DNA of 64,000 nt from contig MU008171.1 in the NCBI GenBank assembly GCA_010909165.1, positions 1,320,297-1,384,296 of the forward strand, in the 5' to 3' direction. The notes beneath the pieces were generated by a model. The model had not been told where the DNA came from and ran no database searches. It saw only the letters and a list, made by a program, of their open reading frames with translations. A program made the translations under genes and the position numbers. Below are positions 37,000 to 48,341 of this stretch, one piece after another (positions within the stretch are counted from its first letter, which is position 1; every line of letters begins with the position of its first letter). The stretch is from Anthoceros angustus. Its lineage: Eukaryota > Plantae > Anthocerotophyta.

Positions 37000-39686
37000 C
37001 GGATCGCTGGTTTTACCATGAAGGACCTCAAGCGCCGCAATGTGATCAGATTTTGGATCAACTCGACAGCAGTGAGCCCATCTACCGCCGCCAGTTGAGC
37101 AAGACGGAGGAGATGGTCGATGCTAGGTGTCGTGAGCTTTGTGGCTTATCCGGCTATCCAAAGTATTATGTCAAAAGAATCGCATGCCGCTTAAAGAAGG
37201 ATGCCAAGGGCGTGGACGGAGAACGGATGTGTGGGACTATCGTCCCATCAATGCCGTCACAGGATCGGTACCCAATCACCCCGGAGGAGATATTTGACAA
37301 GATTACGCCTGCCTTCTTCTACTTTGGACCTTCGTGGTTTTAACGATTCCGCTGCGTAAGAGGACATCAAGAAGACCGCTTCACGGGTCCCAATATGGGA
37401 ATGGCTGGTGATGCCATTCGGTTCAAGAACGCACCCGCCACTTTTCGGTGATGGATCCGGTTTTACCGGATGTGCCAACTTGTTGTGCTATATCGACGAC
37501 GCGGTTCACAAGACGCCTTTGAGGATCACCGGCACACTTAGAGGAGCTGCCCAGAGGCTAAGGAAGGCAGAGCTCACATGTCACCCGTCCAAATGTGAAT
37601 TTGGAATGAACACTGGCATATTTAGGTCACGAATCGTGCCTAACGGGTGATGCCCCACTCACCAAGGTACAGCTATCCTGCAGTGAAGGAGCCCACCAAC
37701 GTGTCACCTTGCGTGCCTTTCTTGGGTTATGCAACTATTATAGGTTTACAATTTCACCAATTGTAAACCCTTGAATGACATGTTGAGGAAAGACGTGGAA
37801 TGGGCATGGATGAGTTGGCGCAGCAAGCTTTTGACATGTTGAAGGAGCAATTGACCAGGTCACCACCATGGCTAGGCCGATTTTAGCAAGCCATTTGTGT
37901 TACACACCGATTGAGTCTCGGGACTTGGCGGTGCTTGCACAAGAGGATGAGGCAAGGAGCGCGTGATCGCTATGCCTCGAGGAGTAATAACCGAGCGGAG
38001 GCCACCACAGCAGTGAGGGGAGTGCCTCGCTGCTTGGGCCGTTGCCACTTCCGCCCATATTTGTATGGTGCTTTAAGCTAGTGATCGATCATCGCCCATT
38101 GAAATGGCTGATGACTAACACAAAATTGAGTGGGAAGTCGCTCACCGGGCCATGATACTTCAAGATTATGACTTCCTGTGGAGCAGGCCGAGTGACACAC
38201 AAAATGCGACATGCTATCTAGAAATCCGGATGCAGAAGCAGATGTCACCGAGGCTAGGGGACCATGAGGAGGAGATTGGTGCCGATGTCATGTCGCGCTT
38301 TTGTTGCCATGACCGCCTTGGATGATTGGTTTGCTTTCAAATTAATGCAAAGGACATTTGGGAAGATGTGAATGCTCTTCAAGATTTGCACTGAAGTATG
38401 GACGAGGCCCGACCCACCGAAAAGAACAGGTGCAGCAGTCAATAAGACTATTGGCGTGATGGCTACATGATTCAAGTCGGGCAATGGTGTCGAGCGCTTG
38501 GTGCCACCACCGTGATAGGGTGACTGATACGCCGTGTGCACGACGACATGGTCACTTTGGTGTGAAGCGGACTTCACCGCTCACACCTCATTTTTATTGG
38601 TATGGGATGCAACCAGAGAATGTGGCTCCGTGAGCCTTGTGACCGAGTCAAGGCCTCCTTTACTATGCAAAGACCCGGTTCCACCCTCCGCCCATCATGG
38701 GCTTGTTCACCGGTCCTGACCTCATTGGAGAATTGACTAGGACGCCGAGAGGCAATGTCTACATACTTGTCATGATGGAGCATTTCTCCAAATGGGTGGA
38801 GGTTGTGGCTCTATCGATAAGTCCTCAAAGCACGCCCTGCATTTTTGCACACGTGCTTAGCCGCCGGTAGTCAGGCCGAGTGCCCGACCGACTGTGGCTC
38901 GAGTTTAGAGGGAATTTCGTGACCTTTTAGATGTTGCGCTTATCGATCACAAAGTGACTAGCAGGACCATCCTCGTGATGGCTGAAAGGATGGTCCGCAC
39001 CATCAAACTGAGAAAGTTATGCTTGCAGTGGAAAGGAGGATTGGGACCTCATGCCGCCCTACATCGCTATGGGCTACCGCATGAGTAAACATGCAGCCTT
39101 GGCACACTTCTCCCTTACTTCTTGCTTTTGGTCGTGAGCCGCCGAGTACAATAGCTAAGAAGATGGGAGGTGGTACACTTGATGATCCCGCCACATGGGC
39201 TCGAGTGATTGGGGAGCGCACTATTTCGGCAGTGTTATGCCAATGGCTATGGCCAACCTCAACATAGCTCAAGACCGGATTCCTTACAGATGCGACATAG
39301 CAGTCATTCAGCCCAAGTCAAGAAATTCCATTGGGATTTCGATACTTGCAAAGGCAAACTGTGGACACCTTTGACATCGCTAGCAGACATGTGCCGAGGG
39401 TGCAGAAGTTAGGCCCAATGGAGTGCTGATTTTGCGGTGGCTCGATGGTAGGACTATTGCACATACCAAGAACTGCGCCCGCCACTTACCTAATTTGGAC
39501 CCCATGGATAACAGCTGGATTCCACCGCGACTACCCGCAGTTTGTGGGAGGATGATGATGAGGAGCTTATGCTTCCGTGACGGATGCAATGGGGTTTTCA
39601 TTTGTTTTGCCTTACCCTCCGCCGCAGTCGCTCGAGCAACTCGTATTGTGCAAAGTGTGCTGGAAATGTCGTGGATGACTGCTTGA
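37000..39686 (+). pseudogene. Family B RT-RNase H-DDE integrase-PHD finger, copy 1
   Basis: RT: LKKDAKG...RMC.DYRP, WLVMPFG, CYIDD (YIDD 37489-37500), LTCHPSKCEFG. RNase H: PDFSKPFVLHTD, HFRPYLYG. Integrase: GHFGVKRT, DLIGELTRTPRGNVYILVMMEHFSKWVE, ERMVRTIK. PHD: VCG.DDEELML.CDGCNG.FHLFC...YCAKC (~39538-39660). Confidence 0.92.
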
Positions 39687-39884
39687 TTTTATACCATGTG
39701 ATGTTGGTGTGATGGAATTGTGTGGACCTTTTGTTTGCTAGACGCACCAAGCTTTCCATTGTGAATGCGGCCGCAGGAGTTCTAGGATTCTTGCTGGCCT
39801 CATTCTTGGTTCCATGTGGCATTTGTTTCACGCTGCGATGCCTTGTTTCTTTCTTTCCGATTGTTTCGCCTGCCCATCACCGGG

Positions 39885-40683
39885 GTATAGGTAGAATTTT
39901 AGCACTTTTCTTTTGTTTGGCCTCGACAGCCCTCTTTTCCCTTGCAGAAGGCCGGGTGAAAACCAGAAGAAGTGTGAGTGTCGGCTGGTTTTGTACCGAT
40001 GATGAAGACGCACGATACCGACGTGAAAACCGATGCTAGGAACTAACTCTTAGAAGCTAGGGCTTAGCAAGTAGGTTTTGTTAGCTTAGTTTAATCGCTT
40101 GGTACCGATAATTACTAAAATGCCCTTAAACAGAAAGTCGGAAATAACCCGCAAAATGGCCAAGCTTGGGCCAGTCTCCTCTCACACACCGGTGGGAGAA
40201 AGCGACATGATCACTCCAATCCCAGGATGCACCAAGAGTGTGGTGCCGGTATCACGACGCAAGGTGGTTGCAAGGTTATGGAGCACAAGACCAAGGCGGC
40301 GGGAAGGCAGCTTGTCAAGTCCCTAGGAGGAACGCTAATGAACACACAATTTTGTTGTTGTCGAATTTCTAGGTCAGAATGCAAAGACTGTGTGTATCAA
40401 AGATTGTGGCAATGTGTGTAATGTGCAAGGTTCATGGGACTTATCACCTAGGCACCTGTAGGGCAGCCCTTTTAATTTTCTCTCGAATCGGTGAGCATCA
40501 AGACATGTGAGCGCTGCGCATGTCCGTAGTATAGGTAGAATTTTAGCACTTTTCTTTTTGTTTGGCCGGATAAGCAGCCCTCTTTTTCCCTTTGCACCAA
40601 GGCCGGTGAAAACCAGAAGAAGTGTGAGCAAGTCTGTTTTGTCATACCGACAAATGATGAAGACGCACGACAAAGATACTACC
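39885..40683 (+). repeat. 3' split direct repeats b1-a2-b2 of family B copy 1
   Basis: GTATAGGTAGAATTTTAGCACTTTTC...AAAACCAGAAGAAGTGTGAG...ATGATGAAGACGCACGA occurs at 39885 and again at 40529, either side of a second copy of repeat a. Confidence 0.88.
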
Positions 40684-43600
40684 GGTGGTGCAGAGGGCGC
40701 CACACGGCCCATCCCTCCGCCACACCATTGTGAAAACCCCGACGGGTGGTGCTGGATAGGGAGGGGCGCGCCGCCGGGCGCCCTCCACGCCACCAGTAGC
40801 TTCGGGGGAGGAGGGCCGCCTCACGGCACCCTCCCTCCTCTCGACCACTCACTTTTATGCCCGACGGTGGAGTGCCACAGAGGGCGCCGCCGCCGCCTCC
40901 CTCCACGTGCCCATTGTGGCCTCCTTCCACACACTCAGACGCCACTTCCATCGAAAAATTCAGAGGGCTAACCTTAGAAGCAACCTTGGAATGAAGGCTA
41001 ACCTTAGAAGCAAATGCTGCCCAAATCGAGCCAAGATTTGGTCGAGTGTAGAGGATACTCCTCCTAAAACATCTCAGATGTGGACAAAAAGCGATAAGGG
41101 ATAAGCTCGAGTTGCGTATTTAATACAACTACAGTCAAAGTGCCGTTGAAGATAATGATGACAATGCGGAGAAGCTGGACCAAGTGATGATTAAGGATTG
41201 AACTCGGGATGAAACCCAAATCTGCTTTTTCCCGGTCCCAGTTAATGTTGTAAGTCGGTTGCAATATCGTGTTAGGAAATACCGCCCATGGCTTTTGTGG
41301 TGTCATAACAAAACCACATTTTCCTCCCAAAATCGAGTTATAGCCGCCCTTCCGGCAGAACGGCCTTCCTCGTTCCTACTTTGCATTATTCCCGTAGGTT
41401 CGAGTTTGCGACCACCATTCGACACAAACATTGCTGGATGGAAAGTAGTAACTTTACTGGGTGACACCCTTTTTTTCGGAGCCGTTTTTCGCAATGCCTT
41501 CAAAACGCTGTTTTAGGGCCCATCAAAAACCCCCTTCAGAGATTATTTGCGGAAAACCCCCTTCGAGATTATTCACCCCTTCAAAAATTATCATGTTCTG
41601 CCTCACAGACAGATCACACGCCCGCCCGGATTATTTCGCCCACGCTCTTGCCCTTCACGCACGTATTCGCATAAAATGCGGGCTTTATGCACCATTTACC
41701 CTAAAATTCCTTTAACCTCAAAGACGTCGCTGATAAGCCATTCATGCGGCCCCCAGCCCCTATGTCGGATCGCGAAGGGCACATCGACATGCATTTCACT
41801 TCCATCCGTATCACCGAGAGGAGGCCCTGCAAAACACATGATATCCCCGATTACATTTGTCGAAAGGATAATTAGCCCGGGTCCGTGATGTGACCACAAA
41901 ATTCAAGGCAAGTCAACGGTTTCCACGCCTGGTGGAGTCCTCGTGTCCAAGCAAGGTGTGGCATGGTGCCAAGTGACTCATATGCTCCTTACAACGCGCC
42001 CATCCCGTCTTCCAATTCAATGACACCGCTCACCCACACTCACCACCCAGAAATTAACGCCAGTGCTTACATCCAACGTGCTCAAGGCCGGTAAATACAC
42101 AAAGTCCCCACTTGAAACTTCCTCGCCTTTGGGTTTCCACGAGCCACCTCGCGTAGAAGGCATACGGAGGTGGTCCCAATGTTGGGCAATGGCTGTTGTC
42201 CATGGCCATCGGGATTACCCAAGCAAATTTTGGCTCGGTTTTGCAACTCCAAGAGACACTCTTCCGGATTCTGTGCCCAATCCTACTAGTTTGGAATAGG
42301 TATCCACAATATTTGGCATCATAGCTCCATTCCAAACATGATGTAATACGGGGCTGAAGTTGCCTGTACCGCAATCGATCCTATATCCCAATGCCACATA
42401 TGGCAACAACTCATCCCAAAGACTGTCTCAATCTGCAATATTTATGGAGAGAATCCTTGAAAGTTTTGCACTAACTGCTCCGCCAACCACTGAGGATGGT
42501 CCCAGATGTGCGGCGATCTATCGCTCGATCCAACAACGCTTGGAATTCACCGAAACTCATTGCCTTGGTCCGTCAACACCGCACAACTCCATATCTCACG
42601 AGAACACATTGCAAAATGCCCGGCCGTACTTGGAGCCCCGATCGGGAGAAAAGCCAACTCCACCCACTTTGAAAAGTGCTCTATCATCAACATGCAATGC
42701 TTGTTGCCTTGTCTCACAGGCAGTGTACATCAGTCAATGACCATCGAAGAACAATCCCTTGATGCAGGGCGAATGTAGTACCACATCCCCGTTAAACCTT
42801 GCCTTCATCGCATCGCACGCAAAGACATCACCACCAATTGCTCCACATCGGCACATACCGACCAAAAGTATGTATTCTTCAACATGTGATGTGTTCTCTC
42901 GACGCCAAAATGCCCCAACGCTTTGTGCACCTTGATCACTAATGGTCTTCTTTCCTCCACGGGTGGCACCTCCTTGCTCACCCTCGATCAACCACAAACA
43001 CTTTACCGCCTTGTATGTATAGCAAAGCGATTCGCCGCAGCCTGGAGGGCCATTGCTGCCCACATCACCCACATGCCCATCCCTCAACAATCGAATGGCA
43101 TGCTCGAGCTTCCATATGTCTCGACCCCCGACGCTTCACCGCTGTTTCTATGGACATCAATGCCAAATATACAGGGCACGTGCAGAGATCCAAGTCTTGT
43201 CTCAAAGTGGTGTCTCGCCCCACACATCGGGTTCACCGAGCCCACTTCAAGATTGAGATGCACCTTTCCCGCCTGGTACAATTTGCATGTCATATCGGAT
43301 AGCAACAGCCCACCTAGCAAGCTTCCCTTCATTCATGTTGGTCAATGGCCGACATGGTCCGTGACCAATTGAAAACTTTGGCCAAATAGGTACATTTAAA
43401 TGCGTAACCGCCCATACGCAGCAAGACACTCTCTCATAAGACGGCACCAGCCTTGTTGTTCCGCCGCCAGATGCCACAACCCGCTCTTTCCTTCCTCATC
43501 TCGCTTGGGCAAGCACGGCCCAATGCACCGCACTCAATCCGATATAGGACGAAGGGCTGTTGGGCCTCTTTAAGCATTGGCCTCTCTCGCCAACTACTCC

Positions 43601-46600
43601 TTCAACTCGCCACGCTTGCTCGCCCCTCCTCGCCTCCCGGCCAATGGGCTTCCTTCTTGAGCAACTCGTATAATGGCTTGTAGGTTTTGCTCATGTTTCT
43701 TATAAACCGTAGTAGTTCACCAACCCCAAGAATGCTCTCAAGTGCTATATCTTTCTCGGGCATGAGACTCACCGCACTTTGGCCAACTGGCAGCAAGCCT
43801 CGGTACAATCTTATGCCCCAAGTAGTCTATCTCCTTGTATGCGAACTTGCATTTCTTGGGATGGGCCTTCACCAGACGGCCAAGCGCCATTAAAGCACTA
43901 AGTGCTCAAGGTGTTCCTCCGTGTTATTGCTAAACACCGAATGTCATCGATGTAGCACTTGACAAATGCTAGCCCTTGCGCCCCAAGTCACCACTGCTGA
44001 AAATATATGGATCTTCAACCCGAACGGCATGGTCTCCCACTCCCATGCTCTTGCCCCAAAACTGCTGTCTTGCACTTGTCCTTCTCCTCAATCACAACTG
44101 ATTGAACCCGGATCGAAAATCAAGGGTGATGAAGTATTTGGCCTCACGTCAAAGATCTTGTCGAGTGGGCATACCGCTCCATGGGCGTTATTTCATTAGG
44201 CTGTAATCCCACACATTCTCTATCCTTCCATTCCCATGCTCATCCTTCTTGAGTGGCAACACGGTAGTCGCATATTGCGAGGTCGACTTCGATCAGCCAG
44301 CCCTTGCACCGCTTGTCTACATCCCATTCCACGGACTCGCTGTCTTCTTCAAACAGGTTCATTGGTGGTCGTGGTGATCTTGAACTTGATGCGATCATAC
44401 CGCCCAACTCGGCCCAACCGAACGCAGTGCCTCGAGTAACATGTTTGGATCCTTTGCCCGGCCGTAAATCTTCACATATTTGCCAATCATCACGGACTCA
44501 TGGTTCCTTTCCTATGGCGAGGAATGAGGTTGCCGTGTTGGCATGTCTTGCTTCGTGCGGATGTAGGTTCATCTTCACATCATCGATGCTCCTTGCCATC
44601 TTTCTCGACATGGCTATGGCCAAGCCTCATAGACATCAACCATTGCATAAGTCATGTCAAGGCTTGCCCGATCAACCCGCACCGAATGATCTACACACCA
44701 TGCGTGTAAGTGCCACCTACACAAATCCCATGGCTCGTTCTCGCTCACATTTTCTTTCCTGTGTCCAAACCATGCCTTCTCCTTTCCTAAATGCATAGAC
44801 CGCTTGACGAGCGTGGCCATGCCCTTCTTGGTTTTCCCACCACGCTCACCGGGTAGTGGGGTAACTTGTCTCCTTTGAATGGTTGTCGCGTCCCGACCCG
44901 GGATGTCATCTACAGTGTTCAGTATTAACCGCGTGATGCCTTAGGTTGTCACACCGCCCACATTAGTCCGAAGCTACGCACCGATGTGCATATGAGCCGG
45001 CCTCAGCAAAGATCCACACTAAGCTCTTCCCCCAACTTCGAACCACGAGTTGCCCATATTGTTTCCGAACACCCTCACGTCTCGCCGAAAGCACCACACG
45101 CGTTTAGCAAATAGGATGGTTAGTCGCGCACTTCCGCAAGATCCGAATGACTTCCTAGTTCCATGCCATTGCGAGCCACGGCCGGAAAAAGTTTTGCATT
45201 CCCATCCCGCAATCAACATATCCACCGTGCCCAATGGCTTCAATTTGACGCTTTCCTACCAATAAGATATCGGTTGCCGCATCCTTGATTGCCTCTACGC
45301 TCATCAACGTACTCTTTGCAGCCGAATGATTCGGTCCCGCCACGCACGCCCTTTCATCCAAATTTCGACACATGTATTTTTTTATCCAAATGCCACTCCT
45401 CAAGACGCCTCTAACCCGGTCGCGATCAAAAGCTCCATCGGATGAATGCCCCGCCCTTCCGCTTCCATCGAATCACTTTATTGTTGATCCGCAGCGGGAT
45501 TCAAACCAGCATCTCTGAGGCTCACAGGCACACACAGGGTTGGGACACTCTGAGCCACCAGCCTTGTCGGATGTGTTCTCGTGTCGTCACGCAACCGGGT
45601 GTTCCCGACATGTGCAAGCACCTCTCGTGGTCATCCAAGTCTCTTCCCTCACTTGCTTTCTTCCCACACCCCACCCCAGCGCTTCCGCGCAAGCATGCGG
45701 TGACCGCTACCGGGCTGCCTGCCCGCCTCCTCATGCTAAGCGGAATTATGGCTATGCGAGAAGTCCCTGCCTCGCCATCGCGTCTCAGAATGCCACCAAT
45801 GTAGTGGGTCTACTCCCATTGTCGGTCCGTGTGGCGTGGCCGCCAAGCAAAGACATCATAATGTCTCATGCTAGATACCAAGCAATGAACCTCAATGACC
45901 AAGCATCCTAGGCTCGCTTGAGCTCTATGCGAATCGGATCCTGGTGATCCCCATCACTTGCTCTTGGTACCTGTGACGGTGGTGATGCGACCTCACATGG
46001 CCTTCCATATCCTCACCGTATACTAAACTCCTTTGGTCAATGACCAAGTTTTAACCGCATGGCCGTTGTCTTCCTTGAATTCTCATGGGCCTGACTGCTT
46101 GGTCGGAGAGCTCGAGTGCTTTCACCGCCAGCAAATCGCTTGGTCTCCCACTTCTCAAAGATTTCATCCACGCATTTCCACACCTCATCATCCACCTTTG
46201 CAACATAATAATCCAAAGGTCCGCTTGTCCACGAGGCGTGATAATCGACCTTAGGTCCATGCTTGGCGCATCCCACTTGGGAACCCCGCCAAGCATATAT
46301 CTCCAACTTCCAGCCTAAGTCACACTTCACCCCATCAACTAGCCTCGGCCTTCATCTCGCTTTGATGTACTCACACGGTTGATGAAAGTAAAATCTTCCT
46401 AGCATCCGCAGAATGGTGTTGTGGATCTGGCAACCTCATCTCCTCATGTGTGAGGCCGCAAGAATAACATATGCATCCATCCACCCATACTCTTGAACCA
46501 ATGGATACATGTCTTAGTCTAGATCCGGCCCGAAGGAATGATTCCTCCCAATACATAAAATTTGTAAACCCCCATTCCACCTTATCCATGTCAAAGAAGT

Positions 46601-48340
46601 TCTTGTTGGGACACTGGCCGGTCTATAATGACAATCATTGGCAAAGACACCAACCACCTAATGGAATGCTTCATCTTTTACATCAAAGCCTCCACTCAAG
46701 CCAGGTCTAGCTTACATTTGCTGAACCGACAAAGTTCTTCCGCGATCTACAATCGTTGATGGATGTTTAACGTGACTCCTGCACTCTTCCCGCAATTGCC
46801 TCTTGATGAGAATCATATACAAGCTCAAGCAATATGTGTTGCATTACATTCATAATAGAAAGTACATGCCTTTATGTAGGCAAGGTTGTTGTAACCAACA
46901 AGTGGTTGTAAATAACAACTAACCAATTAAATAACTACTAAAAGAAACTACCTAGAGCCCTAAGGACTAAATTAATTATTAAGTGCTAGGTGCCCCAGTG
47001 AAGAGTGCCCTAATTAGTAAGCTATTTTATCACCCCCACTCACTATGAACTAGGGTGATTTTCCCGACTAAAAAAGAGGTCAAGGAAAACTAGTCTAGCA
47101 AAAACTAGTCCCTAACTAAACTTTACTTAAAAGCATAAAGTAAAACTTAAACTAAAAACTGAAAGTAATAATCACTATTAAAATAAATCCCACTTAAGGA
47201 GAACTGGTGAGAAACTAATAACCCAACTTAAGTAATTAGGTTGAATTAAAACTAATTAAATTGTATTTAAAGGAATTTATATAGGAAATTCCAGAAATAG
47301 CCTAATTTCCGAAAAGGAAAATCAAAAGGATAATAGGTAATACCCTCCTTCCTCCACTTCGCGACCGCGATTCAAAAGTTTTGGTGGTTGGTACATGCAG
47401 TCCGATGGCGATGGCGGTGAGGGATGGCCACCGCTAAGGCGCGCCCAATCCCCCACGGGAGGAGGCGCCCACGCAGCACCGCGCCTGCCCAGAGCCCCGC
47501 TGCCTCTCTCCGCCACGCTGCCGCCGCCGCCCGAGGTCAGGCACGCCTTCGGCCCAATCCGTCCGGGCCCTTGCAGCGCGACGCCCACGGCGCTGGGCGC
47601 CACAAGAAGGACAGAGGAGCGCCCACCGCTGATGCCCATAGTCGATTCTGCCGATGAAGAGTCTCTCGCCCACAGCACTGCATTTCGCACCTTTCGTAAA
47701 GAAACCTCCCCGCATCTATCATTGATCAATTCTCATCCTCGGAGGATGAAGTCAAAATGTATGCCTAAGGATGCTATTTTATATATTTACTACATATTTA
47801 TTTTCTCAAAGACAGCCTTTATGAGGAGGGCGCCCCAAGGCCCATGGGCAGGGCAGTGTGTTAGGAGGGGCGCCTATGGCCGGTTAGGGGTACGCTGGCA
47901 GCACCCAAGGGAGGCGGCGGGCGGCCGCCGGCCGCCCCATGGGCAAGGTGTGTTAGGGGAGGCCAAACGGCGACATGCATGCGAGGGGAGGACGCCGGGC
48001 CCCATGGGGGGTGTGGGGAGGGCGCCGGCGCACCATGAGCGTGGCAGAGGCACCGGGCCGGGCGCCTCCCCTAGCTCCACCTCCCGCACTGACCTGCAGC
48101 AGGAGGCGGCCGGGCCGCCCGCCTCACAAGATCGCCTGTGGGCCCACCGACGGGTGGTGTGCAGAGGAGGGCGCCGCCGGTCGCCGCCTCCCCACGCCAA
48201 CCACCCGTGGGTGGGCAACGGTGGTGCGGCTTAGCGAGGGCGCGACTACCGGGCCGCCTCCTCCACGCGCCACCCGCTGTGGGTCTACGATGGGTGGTGT
48301 GAGGAGGGCGGCGCCCGGCTCGCTTCTCCACCACGGGCAT
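40684..48340 (-). mobile_element. Family A Ty3/Gypsy-Dnmt retroelement, copy 3 (no L insertion)
   Basis: Complete domain series. YIDD at 43943-43954, empty L site AAGTG at 44708-44712, VDMLIAGWEC in ORF 45019..45243, candidate ATG at 46853. Confidence 0.88.
44500..45440 (-). pseudogene. Uninterrupted C5 DNA methyltransferase domain of family A copy 3
   Basis: Motif I region ~45425-45438, motif IV 45196-45225, motif VIII-like GSYAHR ~44980-45000, continuing across the empty L site toward RT. Confidence 0.78.
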
Positions 48341-48341
48341 T

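Larger units (their letters stand above)
31929..40683 (+). mobile_element. Family B Gypsy-Dnmt-PHD retroelement with split direct repeats, copy 1
   Basis: Repeats a1 31929-32440, b1 39885-40019, a2 40020-40524, b2 40529-40683 flank gag-protease-MTase-RT-RH-IN-PHD. The flanks join up to the uninterrupted GC-rich repeat at 16140-16920. Confidence 0.88.

Noticed and set aside
39660-39885. Chromodomain after the PHD finger
   Set aside because: No chromodomain pattern is recognisable and the frame appears to end shortly after the PHD.
31929-40683. Calling family B a DIRS/Ngaro tyrosine-recombinase element
   Set aside because: No recombinase motif was recognised, and RT, RNase H and integrase are Ty3/Gypsy-type with a protease. 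Only the termini are DIRS-like.
47395-48234. Long ORFs in GC-rich repeats (also 11115..11750, 16298..16945, 16568..17131, 31524..31967)
   Set aside because: Low-complexity Arg/Gly/Ala/Pro translations that are open in several frames because stops are rare. Frames are not conserved between copies.
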